Below, piece by piece: positions 36,835 to 50,996 of a stretch of DNA of 64,000 bases. Origin of the DNA: Eledone cirrhosa (taxonomy: Eukaryota); assembly GCA_964016885.1 (NCBI GenBank), contig OZ024740.1, forward strand, positions 83,452,001 to 83,516,000, in the 5' to 3' direction. Positions within the stretch are counted from its first letter, which is position 1. Each line of letters opens with the position of its first letter. A program made the translations under genes and the position numbers. The notes beneath the pieces are model-generated. The model was not told the origin of the DNA, made no database searches, and saw nothing but the letters and a program-made list of their open reading frames with translations.

Positions 36835-39800
36835 ATGACCTCACTCAGAATAGGCAGCATAAATGCGCGTGGCTTGGGGTCGTCATGGAAGCAGGGCCAC
36901 CTGCTCAACGACCTCAGGTCACTAAACATAGATGTAGTGGCCATCAGCGAGACCAGAATCTCCGAAGCACAGGCTTTCGCACCGATCTTCGGCGGCTACG
37001 ATGTGTACGCATCTCCCAGCCGTCCGGGATCGGGGGGGAGGAGTTTCTGTGCTTTTTCGGAGAGGTTTGGATCTTGCCATACGGGCCATCTTCCTGGACC
37101 CAGAAGGTAAGTTGGTGGTGCTGGACGTGACCAGCGAAGACGGGCAAGCTTTCAGGTTAGTGGCCGTCTATGCCACGACAGGAGCAGGGCGGCCTGATTT
37201 CTTCCGGCGTCTGGAGACCTTTCTTGGAACGTCCCGCTCTTTAGTGTTAGTGGGCGACTGGAACGGGATCTTAGACGTACGCTGGGATTGTGTGGGATTA
37301 GTGGATAGGGAAGGAGGGTGCAAGAGTCTCACCAACCTGCTCAGACGTTTTGAACTGTCTGACAGGTACCGAATGGATTTCCCGAATGTACCAATGTGGA
37401 CTTGGACAAATCGCATAGGGTCTTCCAGATCATATCTAGATAGAGTATTTTGTAGGGAAATAGATAGGTCTAGCATAGGCTGTCCACAATTCAAGATAGT
37501 CAGCTACACGGACCACAAATTCGTGATCTGTGTGCTTGACTTAGATAGGCTTCATAGACGAGGACCCGGCTACTAGAAGCTAAACGCGTCCTTACCAGCG
37601 CGCAAGGCCTACAGAGACCGGATTAGCGAACTAGTTAAGCGGGCGTTGACGGGGGCAATCGTCAACAACAAGTGGTGGTTTGCTCTGAAAAGAGCAATTA
37701 GAATAGAGTCCATTAGGTTTAGTAAGACTTTAGCAATAGAGAAAAATAGAGCAGAGCGAGAATTAGTTAGAAAATTAGATGAGGCGCTTAGCAAAGGCAT
37801 CGCGACCGACGTACTTGCGGCGAAATTGGCCCTTGACCAATTCTTCAATGCAAAGCACGAAGGCTGCGTTGTCAGAGCTAGGGTGCGTGCTCTCAGACAC
37901 GAGGGGACGAAAGCCGTTCAATGGGCCCGAGTGGCGGAGGCGCGTCGTGGCAACAAAGCCACGATCCGGTCTTTGGTGGACCACGACGGGCGCATGCTAC
38001 TCGATCCCGGGCAAATGTGTGAAGCTTTTCAGCGACACTTCGCTCAACTGTTCGGGGGCAGTGGCGGGCCGGATCGAGGGATGGACTTTAGTGTCTACCT
38101 AGACGGACTGCCGCGGCTTTCGGCCACTGAGGCGGAGTGTTGCGAAAAGCCGATAACAAACGCTGAAGTACGGGATGCAATGACTAGTTGCACAAGGGGT
38201 AAATCGCCTGGTTTGGATGGTCTGCCCTATGAACTTTACGTACAAATGCCAAACTTGTTCGGAGGCCTCTTGGCGGACGTCTACTGCAACTGGCAACAGA
38301 ACGGGAGAATTCCCAGCTCTGTGAGCCGAGGAGCGGTGGCGCTGCTGAGAAAGGATCCGAACAAGGGGGATAACATAGATAATTTTAGGCCCATAACTCT
38401 GCTAAACACAGAGTTCAAGATTTTGGCCAAGGTGCTAGCAAAGAGGTTGGCGCTTGTCGTTTGTGGTCTGGTGGGAGAGGCACAGAATGCGCCATTCCCG
38501 ACAGATCCATCCACGACAACCTCCACCTCATGCGATACATCGTAGAGAGGGTAGCTAGGGAACCTGGCACGGGTGGGTCTTTGATCAATTTAGATCAGTC
38601 GAAAGCCTTCGATAGGGTCGACCATCATTACCTAACGGCAGTCCTGAGGGCGGCTGGCTTTGGGCCCGTCTTCAGAGGCTGGATCGCTGCCATGCACAGC
38701 GACATCTGCTCTGTAGTGAGAGTGAACGGTCACTTTTCGGAACCGTTCAACATCATGCGCTCGGTCCGCCAAGGATGTCCCCTCTCGTCCCTATTGTACG
38801 TATTGACTCTCGAGCCATTACTGCACAAACTGGAGACGTTGAGGGGAGTCCCGCGCGAACTAGGATGCGGAAGATCCTTGTCAGCATATGCCGACGATTT
38901 CACCGTAGTGGTGTCGAACGCCAAACACATCGAGGCGATCGGCACTACACTAAGAGAATACGAAGCGGTGACAGGAGCAATGATCAACCAGGAAAAGTCA
39001 GTGGGCCTGCAGCTCGGCACCTGGAGAGGCAGGTCTATGCCGTCCAACAGCGTCGTCGGGCGCTGGACGGACGGACCGGTTAAATTGCTAGGGGTCTGGT
39101 TCGGTCCAGACCTCCAGACGGACAAAAACTGGGACGAGGTGACGAGCAGGGTGGCTTCTCTCACCCAGAAATGGGCCGAGAGGAAGCTATCCCTGAAAGG
39201 TCGAGCGGAGGTGGCGAATGCGTACATCGCATCCGTCATCTACTACCGCCTGACCGTCGTACCTTGTCCTAAGCCCCGCCTGACTGCGCTGGAGCGTTTG
39301 CTCTTTCGCTTCTTGTGGAAGGGACGCGCTCCGATGGTCAGGCGGTCCATCTGCTGTCAACACCCGCTACGTGGAGGGCTGGGCATGCCGTGGCTGATGA
39401 TGCGCAGACAGGCGCTCAGGCTACGACATCTCCACCTCTTCCTCGACGGCGATCAGGTGTGGTCGCCGTTTGCAAGACACGTTTTTCCCCAGCTCGTCTC
39501 CTTGACGGAGCTGCAGTCCTGGGTCAAGCGAAGACCGAGAGGGAGCGCTTGGAGACTGGAATGTCTTCAGGCGCTCACAGCCCTCGACCAATCGGGCAAT
39601 GTGATCGGTGGAAACTCCACCTTGGCGTTCTATAGGGGATTAGTGGAGGGGAAGAGCGACGACGTACTTGGAGAAACTCTAGGCGTCGACGAAAATCAAC
39701 TAGCCAATCTCTTCGGAAGGACTTTCGGGCCGGGGCCTATGGACAACTTCCAGAAAACCCTGGCCTGGCAGTGCTACCGAGGAGCCTTGCCAGTTCGGGA

Positions 39801-40254
39801 TAAACTCTACAGGCATGGAGGTGCCGTCAGCCGGGCATGTCCGAGGTGCTCGCAGGGCGACGAAACCGTCCTGCACGCACTCGTCCAGTGTCCGAGCATT
39901 GCTGACTTGTGGGTTTATGTCGAACACCTGCTGTCACGTGTAGGACGGATCCAGCTATCAGCTGAGTCCATCGTGAGGATGGCCCCGCCCCCTTCCTTTA
40001 GCCGGGAAGGGCAAGCAGTTTTTATCTGTCTGGTGGCCATGGCGAAAGAGATAGTATGGTGGACACGTTTGAAAGGGCTGAAGACGAGCACTTACCTCTT
40101 CGGTGATGCCCTGATTAACTTTTTCAAATTTCATTTGAAAAGGAAAATCAGGGTAGAGAGGGAAGTGCTCTCTTCCCAGCATTTTGTTGAAAGATGGGTG
40201 AGAGAAGCAAGTATAGCCCGAATGAATGGGCCTTCTCTGAGTATGTGTCTGTAA
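36835..40254 (+). pseudogene. Tx1 ORF2 (APE-RT-zinc finger), few lesions
   Basis: GDWN, YTDH, FRPITLLN, RQGCPLS, YADD, GGLG, CPRC-H-C; frameshifts ~37035 and ~38490, stop 37574. Confidence 0.92.
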
Positions 40255-40496
40255 ATTAAAGTTGGAAAACTGGGAGAGGGCACTTGCCCTGGTGGTCAGG
40301 GCCACTGTGGTCTTTTAATGGGCTTTCTCCACAAATGTCCCTTGGAAGTCTCCCCCCTATTGGGGAATTTTTCTTTGTTATTTTATTTCAACCTCTGTTT
40401 TTTTACACGCAGAAATGCCCATTTGTACCGTCCTGTATTGTCCTGTACTGTCCTTAATGTCTACTTTATGTGAACCCTTGTGGTTAATAAAGAAAA

Positions 40497-40569
<73 letters not shown>

Positions 40570-43500
40570 CTCTTTCAAAATATGTTTGTGGAGAGAAAAT
40601 GTCCTTCGAAATAATTAACTATTTTAGGAACAATAACATCGAAATTTCTTTAAATGAAATATTTTACAACTTCACTTTTCGGAATCATAACATTCCTTCT
40701 GCTATACATTATTTTGCGTTCAATCTAATATTTTGGCCTCCTACGAATGACTTCTTACGCCTTGCATTTAATGCTTATACAAATGACAATTTAGCATGTT
40801 ATTTAAATAATATATTATGTATAAAATAAACAGAATTTTATAATAAAGTGCATTACTTTACGAAATTATTTTATACATGCATATTAGATTTAATTCATTT
40901 CCTTTAGGAGATTTTCGTTCAGTAGCAATTTCTATTTGATTCTAGTAAATAGGTAAAATGATTTGATTTTTTTTTTTTTTAAACTTCAGAATATAGTATC
41001 TATTCACTGTTTCATATCATTCGTGTAAGAGCAGATTAAGCTGATCTCTCCTTCAATTACATCTTTTCAATGATAAACGTATCATTCAGGGAAGGTGAAC
41101 AAGTACAAAGAACGTTATACACCACTTTAACTGCGAAATCAATTAATTCCAGACTAGCTGATGCTCTGCCCTATTTAATTTAAATATTCGTTCAAGTATT
41201 TACTAAATTCCCACGAATTACGACATCAGTCATGAGAATCTGCATTTCACCACAGAATGAATAATATAATCACCACTTTCACTGCATATTATTACACCTA
41301 TCACAGAAACAAAAAATGCATTGTAAAGTACACACTACAAGTGATATAAAATATGTGCATATATAATGTACTTCACTGTGATGATAAAAATGTTTTTTCA
41401 AAGTATATCTTTGTAGGTGCGATTTTTTTCCAGCTCTTTGTGCTCTTTGTCCTAATACCGCGAAGATCAATTTTACTTTTCTACATCCGGCTGCATTAAA
41501 ATAATTGCTGTAGCTTAGAAATTGATGGATTATGGTATGTGTTCAATCTCATTTCATTGGGAATTCAAAGCCAACCTTAAGTTACTTCAGTGGTAGACAT
41601 ACTCCCACAACATAACATTCCTGAAACATGAGTGCCTTTTGAAACGAAGTTACTGATTTGAAGATATAGTAGTCCTTTTATATAAGAATCGGGTGTTTTG
41701 AATATGACAAACAACCTTGGAATTCAATCCTGAATAAATACATAAAGATGATGCCTGCAATTACTTAATATTAATTGAGCATCTTATAACAATGTCTTTA
41801 CCTATAACCCTAGAGACAAGGCTACTTACCTCTCGGCGTTAGGCAAGGAGTCATGTTAGTTTCTGCATTTCGTACATAAATTTAACATATTAAACAATCC
41901 TACGAGCTGGTATATATCAATAATTATGTAAAATGCATCAACAATGCTATAGATTTACCAAGCAACAAGCGATTAAACATGATTTGTGCATATGTAGTTG
42001 ACGAGATATTTCATTAAGTTGTTATTTTAAAGTTTATACAATAACACAAGCAACAGTTTGTTTCCAAAACGCAAAATGGCATCAATAATTCTCCACAAGA
42101 TTATTGACTGACTTTCTAAGGATTTCGTCTTTTCATTGAACATTGGGTAAAAATACGTTGCTGATATCAATATCATCAACATGTTGTGGTTTTTATGGTT
42201 TAACAAATCAATTTCGAATTACCAACGACGTAATGAAAGATCAAATAAGAACATACAAAAATAGATTATACGTTATTATTCATTTAAAATATACTCTTTC
42301 GACAATATATTTACCTTGTACCAGACTACTATTTTTCTCATCAAATATAAACAGAGTATAATATTTTCCGGTTTTTAGAAAGAAGGTAGTCAAGGATAAC
42401 ATAACCTTTATTTTTTATTATCAGTCGCTTTGGCCAATTGCATATATTTTACATTTCTGTTGCATGTAATGTCGCATTGTAAATAAAGGACACTTGAAAT
42501 ATTTACTATTGTTTCATGCCGACTATTTTAGGTGATGAAAATTAGAAAATAGACCCTTAAAAATTGTTACAATATCTATTTTAAAACAATTGGGATAAGT
42601 TTGTTCGTTTGATCAACGTTAGGTTATTACAGGCTGAATGTGTAATTAGTTCACATTTCCCTTGAGTTACAATCCCCAGCATTTGTTTAGTAATTATATT
42701 GTCGTTGTTAGTAATGTTTAATGTTTTCCATACAATAATGTATGGAAAATAATTCGTAGCGTTATAGGTCCGTGATTAAGATAACAATCTTGCAATACCG
42801 AGATTCACCAATCATTCCCGGATACGCACGAACCACACACATATACAAACGCACACACTCTCTCTCTCTCTCTTATACCCCCCCCACCACCACCACCACC
42901 ACCACACACAACCAAACACACGTGCATATCTGTGAGAAGATATTGTCTCATCGTCCGGCCACGCCTTGCTATTCGCAATAGAAGAAGACTTGACACTTTG
43001 ATACGTTTTCTTAGACGGTTCTCTGTTTGTTCACCGTGGTATGACAGATCAATATTGATACAGTGTTTCTCGGTGTTCCCTTGTGCCTTTCCTTCTTTCA
43101 TCTTTACTCACTCCCTGTTATATATGTGGCCAGAAACGAGATCACACGCCACGTTCACAGAAGCGACCAGGCCACCCTTGTTGAATCCGTAGAAACCAAC
43201 TTCCGGAGACTGCTATCGACGAGAGGCTACGGACAACTCTCGTGCACAATCTATGCGAGAAAAGAGGTGTTGGACCACTCATCAGCACCATGCCACCCTT
43301 AGTTCTAGCAGCAAAGAAACATTCCAAGACAGCACCCAAAATGGGCCTAACAACTATATATACGACAGTAGGTACATAAGGAAAGAAAACACTTCAGTCA
43401 TGTCTCGTCATAAAGGGTTATTGATCAAGACCACAATCACCCCAACATTAAATATATCGTTCAATCTTCAACTCTGCATTTGGGAGTATTTGAATGCACT

Positions 43501-43988
43501 AGAGCAGCATTCTATATATATATTAACACGAAAGCTGTCCTTAACCTTTGCTTCCAGCTTCAAAGAACTGGCAACATACGTCTCACCACGACAATCCTAA
43601 TTCCAAATGTGTGTATGAGATGTATTTCAGTTTAGAATGCATACCATTAAAACAACAAATCAAACCAACAAGATCTTTACCACATACAGGAAATTGATCA
43701 TTTAAACTACCAGATTAAATAACGCCAAGGAGAATAATCATATAATGTAATTGGATGTCATAAGAATTAGTGGCACCAATGAGACCGAAACTACCACTGC
43801 TCGCCCATTCATCTTCGATCGCTTATGTTTAACAAAAATGCAAGTTAAGAACAAACTAATAGAATCCACTTGCAACACGACCAGAAGATCAACTCACCAC
43901 TTTAATTTACCTGTGGTGCTTTCCTGTTAATATAATCACAACTTCCACACTTTGCTGTGCCGGTTTTCATATTTTTCATGTGTCCCTT

Positions 43989-44981
<993 letters not shown>

Positions 44982-45083
44982 AAAACCTGGCATTTCGAGC
45001 CACTTTTTCCATATAAAACAAGTAACATTCAGAGACCAACCAGATGTGAGAAAAACCACAGACCCTCCATCTCAACTCACCTT

Positions 45084-45113
45084 TTGAAAAGCAGACAAAC
45101 TGCGAAACCGGTA
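45084..45113 (+). ncRNA. Degenerate minimal hammerhead in (TA)n-flanked pseudo-LTR fragment 44979-45256
   Basis: ttgaaaa (degenerate CTGANGA) gcag acaaa ctgc GAAA ccgg TA. Confidence 0.45.
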
Positions 45114-45360
45114 AAAACAACCAAATAAATATATATATATTTTTTTTTAAATAAGACTCCAGTTGCATTTTCGATTTCATCTCTTTTTCTTCATACTTTC
45201 ACTCGTGTAGGACACCTCGGTCATTTTTCATTTTGTAAAAAAAACCTCACTTTCTAATATATATATATATAATGGAAAAATTTGAACAGGAACAAAACAG
45301 AGAGGCAGTACAACGAATGTTTATTAATTTCACGCTCTGGAGAGTGGGGTGGTAGTGGGG

Positions 45361-45395
45361 AACGACGTTTCGGGCATAAGCCCTTCCTCAGGTGA
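45361..45395 (-). ncRNA. Minimal type I hammerhead of the PLE pseudo-LTR
   Basis: ac CTGAGGA a gggc ttat gccc GAAA cg TC gt. Confidence 0.85.
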
Positions 45396-46859
45396 GAAGT
45401 GTGTGGGAACAGCGTTCAAAGGGTGTGTAGAGGAGTGGTGGAGAGACATATAGCGAAAGGAAACGGTGCGAATGAAATTAAAAATAAAAATAAAAATAAA
45501 GCATGATCAAAATACAAGGAATTAAATATAAAAGCATGATCAAAATAAACTGAAATAAAAAGGGGGGTAAAACAGACGGTAGAAGGGCGTGGGGTGTGTA
45601 GGGGTGGTGGCGGGTGAAGTGGGGAGAGGGAGACGGGGTGTCCGAGCGGGGAGGGCTGAAGGTGGTGTGTGTGTGTAAGTGTACGTGTGTGTGTGTGTGG
45701 ATGTGAAAGTAAGGGTTGGGGGAAGAACGGGGTTGCATGTTCAGGAAGAGGTGTGTGTGGGGGGGGCTGTAGATCGGAGTGTCTGTGCGTGTGGGGGTAT
45801 AGGGGTGGGGGAGAGGAATCAGGAGGCTGAGGGTGTGAATATGGGGGGGAAAGCACGTGTGTGTGGGGTTTAAGCGTGTTGTGGGTGTCGGTGGCGTGTG
45901 GAGAAAAAAATTATTTTGGGTGTGTGTGTGGGTGAGTTATGTAGGTGGTTCCGTAAGAGGATGGTTGGAAAGTTGGTAAAATCCTATGATGTTTAGTGGA
46001 TTCTGTGCTGGTCAAGTTCCGCATACGATTATTCCAGAAGAGATGGTCGGAAGAGGAGAGATGTGGGGTGCGTGCGCAACAGGAAGTGGTCAAGCAGTGG
46101 GAGTGCTGTGTGTCTCTTTGTGCTGGGAGGTGGTCAGAGGGCATAGCAGCAGCCGGTGGAATGGTAAAGGGGCGAGGATGGGTAGGTGTGAAAGTTGGAG
46201 TGAGGAGGGTGTGTGTGTGTGTATTAGTAGAGGTGTTAGTGGGATGAGTGAGTGTGGAGCGAGGGTGTGGATGGAGCGGGGAGAGAAGGGTGTGTGTAGT
46301 TCTATGGAGGGAGTGTGGTGTACTGGTGTGTGTGTAGTTTGATGAGGGGGTGTTAGTGGGTGTTAGTATGCGGGAGGTGGGGAAGGGTTGAATGCAGGTG
46401 TGAGTGGGGGTTAGTGGTGGTAGGGTGTGTAGAGTTGGTGGTGTACGAGGGTGTGTGGGTACGTGTGCGTGGGTTTGGGGGGTGTTAGTGATGTTAGTTG
46501 CGTGTGGGTGGGTGGTGTAAGTGGGTGCGTGTGTTCGTGTGCTTGGGGTCAGGGGTGTTAGTGAGGTTAGTTGCGGGGTGGTGGGATGGAGGTGTGGAGG
46601 TGAGGGTTAGTGGTGGTAGTAGGGTGTGTGTATAGTGTGAGCACATGTATATATGTGCCGGTGGGTGTGTGCGTGTGATAAGGAGGGGGGAGAAGGTGAA
46701 GAAGGGAGGGATGTTAGTATGTTAGTTGGGGAAGGGTGGTCGGATGAGGGGTGGAGTGGAGGTGTTAGTATTGTTAGTCGTGGGGTGGGCGGTGAAAAGG
46801 AGGGGTGTGTTAGTGGTGTTAGTGGAGGATAAGTGTGGGGGGAGGGGGGCGATCGAAGA

Positions 46860-49638
46860 CTAAAGGAATGAGGGTGGGGAGTTCAGGCCGGGGGGAATGT
46901 GGGTCTGTAAGATGAAGATAGTTCTTAGTTCGACTCTAAGGCGATTGGCGGTTGTTCCGTGGCATTGGAGTAGGCCACAGACTGTGAGATGGCGTGCGGA
47001 TGTCCAGGGCCACCAAAGTGGCGGGCGATGGGGGAACTACCACGGAGACGAATATCCCGGAGGTGCTCAGTGAATCGGTCCGCCAGGCGATGTCCCGTCT
47101 GTCCGACATAAGTCGTGCTGCACTCCGTGCAGCGAAATCCGTAGACTCGGTTGGAGGAGGTGCAGCGGAAGGCATGCCGGACAGAGAGAGAGTGGCCGTT
47201 GGGACCCTGGAAGGTGGTGGTGTTGGTGATGTGGGGACAGGTGTTGCAGCGGGGCCTAGAACAGGGATAGGAACCGGGGGGGAACAGAGCGTGGGTTGGG
47301 GGTAGGGAGCTGTGGACGAGGAGGGTGCGGAGATTGCGTGCGCGTTTGAAGGAGGGGAGTGGTGGGGTTGGGAAGATGTGGGAGGTGGAGGGGGCGGACT
47401 GGAGGCGTCGGAAGAGGCGGCGGATGGTGCGGTGGAGGGGTAAGGTGGAGGGGTGGTAGGTGATGGGGAAGGGGAGACGGTGGGTGGGTGTGCGGTGGCG
47501 TCGGGTGAGGGTGGTGGAGCGGTGGACAGCACGGGCGCGGGTGAGAGCGGTGTGGACGAGAGAGGGGGGTAACCTCTGCGGATGAAATGGCTGACTAAGG
47601 AAAGGGCCTGGGGCTCGAAGTCAGCATCTCGGCTACAGAGGCGGCGGATCCTGATAAGTTGGGAGTAGGGAATGGAGTGTTTAGTGTGGGTGGGGTGGGA
47701 AGAGGTGAAGTCGAGGTAAGAGTGGGAGTCGGTGGGTTTGAAGAAGGCGGAGGTGACGAGGGAGTGGTGGGAGGGGTCGAAGGCGACGGAGATGTCTAAG
47801 AAGTGGTCGTGGGTGGTGGAGATAGAGGTGGTGAAGTGGAGGGAGGGGTGGAAGGAGCAGAAGAAGGAGAGAAAGGAGTCGAGCTGTTCTCGGGTGAGGG
47901 TTGTGTAACGACCGTACAGTTCGGGCGTGGGGCCGGTGTACTGGGCAAAGATTTTGGCCTCAACATGGCCAACAAAAAGGTTGGCATAGTTCGGGCCCAT
48001 TCTTGTACCCATGGTTACCCCCGTGACCTATTGGTAAAACTCACCCGAGAAGGAGAAACAATTTATGGTGAGGACCAGCTCGGCGAGGCGAAGACGGGTG
48101 GGGTTGGAGGGAATGGGGGAGGGGCGAAGGTTGAGTTAGTGTTTGAGGGCGCGTAGGCCGTCGTCGTGGGGGATGACGGTATAGAGGGACTTGATGTCTA
48201 GGGTGAAGAGGAAGAGCTGTGGGCCGGGTGGGTAGGTGAAGGAGTCGAAAATGCGCAGGGCGTGGTTGGTGTCGGAGATGTGGGAGGGGAGGATGGTGAC
48301 AAGGGGGCCGAGGATGGAGTCGAGAAAGGCGGAGATGAGTTCGGTGGGGCAGTTGCAAGCGGACACGATGGGACAGCCGGGGTTGTCGGGTTTGTGGAGT
48401 TTGGGGAGGAAGTAGATGGTGGGGGTGCGAGTGGTCCGGACGATGAGGTGGCAAGTGGTGGGGGGAGGGAGGTGGCGATAAGGTCTTTGATGGTGGAGGA
48501 GACTTGTTGTTGGTAGAGGGGGGTGGGATCGGAGGGTAGAGGGCGGTAGAAGAGGGGGTTACAGAGCTGCCTGAGGGCTTCGGCCGTGTAGAGGTCCGCG
48601 CGCCACACCACTACGGCGCCTCCCTTGTCCGCCGGTTTGATGACGATGTCATCTCGGCTACGGTGGGAGCGGAGAACGAGGAGTTCGCCCCGTGAGATAT
48701 TGTACCGTTTGGAGCGGTGTCGGAAGTCGAAACGATTTACTGCGCTACGGCTGGCATCGACGAAGGCGTCCAGGGTGCTAAATTGCCCTGGGGCCGGCGT
48801 CCAAGAAGATGGTCGTCGGCCCAGGGCGAGAAACGGGTCTGGGGCGTCCGGAGCCGGTGGCGTTCGGCCGAAATGTGCCTGTAGCTTAGTGCGTCGCACG
48901 AATCGCTCGGCTTCCGTTCGGGTGCGGAACTCGTCGCTGTGCGGAGTGTGGGGTATGAAGCGAAGGCCTCTACTAAGGAGTGAGCGCTCAGGTGCGGAGA
49001 GGGGGGGGTCAGGGGGTATGGTGACAGCAAGTGGTGGGGTTTGGGTGTTTGGGGGGAAGGGAGGGTGTGGTGAGGGTAAGGTGGAGGGTGGAGATTGGGT
49101 AGGAGTGTGGGTCGAGGGAGAGGTGGAGAGTGGTGGGCGTATGGGCATGGGCGGGTGGTGGTGGATGGGGTGGTGGGGAGGAGTGAGTGTAGCTTGCGGG
49201 CTTTGGTGGAGCTGGGGAAGGAGAAGAGGTTGTGGTTGAGGTTTTGGATGAAGGAGAGGATGGCTGGGGCGAGGAGAGGGTGGCTGTTGGAGTTAAGGCG
49301 GAGGAGGGTGGGGGTCAGTTGGTGCTCAAGTTGGCGGAGGGTGGAACGGGAGGCGCGGATGGAGTTGCGCATCAGGAGGCGTGAGTATTGGGTGAGGATA
49401 CGTTGCGTGGAGGGGGAAGCGGCGGGGGAAGGGTGGAAGTGTAGACGGAAGCCGAGGGGGATAAGGTGGAGGCGGAGGCAGTCGCTGAGGAAATGAATGT
49501 GGCTGGAGTGCCGGGTTTTGGCGAAGAGAAGGTAGGAGAGTTGAAGGGCAAAGGGGAGATAGCAGGGTGGGAGGAGGGGGTGAGGAAAAGTTTGAGGCGA
49601 TTATGTAGTTGGTGGAGAAAGGATCTCAGGCTGGGCAT
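46860..49638 (-). pseudogene. PLE polyprotein (RT + GIY-YIG endonuclease), frameshifted
   Basis: SHIHFLSDCLRLHLIPLGF, IKPADKGGAVVVW, LDIKSLYTVIPH, MGTRMGPNYANLF, FLDI, IPYSQLIRIRRLCS, CSRPRCNTC, VYGFRCTECSTTYVGQT...RFTEH; YIDD region deleted. Confidence 0.9.
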
Positions 49639-49711
49639 GGTGGGCGTTGGGTGAAAGCAGGGGGAGGGATGAGAAAGCAGGGGTGTGAAGCGGGGTGGAG
49701 TGAACGAAGGA

Positions 49712-49753
<42 letters not shown>

Positions 49754-50959
49754 TTTACTACCAGTTTATCCCTATTTTTAATTTTTTTTGAATCTTATCT
49801 TAAGCTAATAGATTCTCTTAAATATGATGTATTGTGAGATTCACCTAACTAAGCAACTCATACAAAAGCTGTTTCTTTGTGTGCCCCTGTATGCAGAAAT
49901 GTATGTTTCAATGTATTTGTGTAATTAAATCACTTTAGCATCAACTTGAAAACCAACATATTGCACCATGTCTGAAATTTTCATAAACAAATATTTGTGA
50001 AATATAAATATTGATTTCTAATTTACACACCAGACTTATAATGTTTGGAGGATGGGAAGCGGATCAAAGAGTGGTAAGCATTTTATCCGACGGGTTAACG
50101 ACTTTTTCGATCCACCGTAATTGTGTGCCGAATTTATAATAAAATGTATTGCATAAACCTTAAGATGTGTACCTTCAAGCATATTTTTAAAAAAAACATG
50201 TATTTGATTATGAACAAGTACAAATAAAAAGTCCCAATGTATTTAACCATAGCGTGATTTACAGTATTTTAACGTATGATATTTTCTAAGATAAAGTGTA
50301 CCGCTTGAAGTAATTTAAACGCCATTTTACGTCACACGATTTGATTTGCCTTCTATTACATCTTCTCAGATATCCAGTGTAATTTCAAGAATTTGCTTAA
50401 AGAGAAAAATGTGAATATGTTCAAATGAAAACGGCCAATTGAGGGAGCGTACCGGAAACAATGAGACTTATTAAGCAGAAAGAAATTGTTTACAATTATT
50501 TATTTGTCAAACAAACAATACTTGCGAAAAATAAATCGGTCAAATTATCTTTAGAATATATATACATGATATACAAATATGACTAAGAAAAACGTTTGGC
50601 TATTTGAAAGCCCGACAAGGCGTGTAACAATGCCAAGATAATAAAGTAGACAGATAAAATGAACACAGTAAAGTGAAATAAAATTGTGGACGATAGAAAG
50701 TTACCTAAGCAATTTTTTAATGATTCCAATTATTTGGGGGTTTTACATTCATTATAAAGGGAAGTCACCCACGACAACCTTCAGGTTTCTCTCCGAGCCC
50801 CACCCACTAAGGGTGTGTCCATTTTTCCTTATACTTTCTTATTACCTTGACATTTCTATTATACATGCCATGTCGAGCCTTGAAATAACCAAACCGTTTT
50901 CCTAGTCATATTTCTATCTCATATTCCACAACACTCCAAGTAAATTACAAAACTATATA

Positions 50960-50993
<34 letters not shown>

Positions 50994-50996
<3 letters not shown>

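Larger units (their letters stand above)
34630..40498 (+). mobile_element. Tx1/L1-clade LINE, near full length, family T1 copy B (less decayed)
   Basis: collinear with copy A, about 25 bp shorter at the 5' end; followed by (TTA)n 40499-40563. Confidence 0.92.
45272..49715 (-). mobile_element. Penelope-like retroelement (Neptune-type), near full length, inserted in (TA)n
   Basis: RT plus C-terminal GIY-YIG, long C-rich 3' UTR, terminal hammerhead; (TA)n on both sides. Confidence 0.9.

Noticed and set aside
23338-40498. Tandem segmental duplication of a Dong+Tx1 unit
   Set aside because: D1 and D2 are different families with different truncation points; only the Tx1 copies are close paralogues.
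46222-46823. Interstitial telomeric repeat
   Set aside because: The motif is GTTAGT in dispersed pairs, not tandem TTAGGG.
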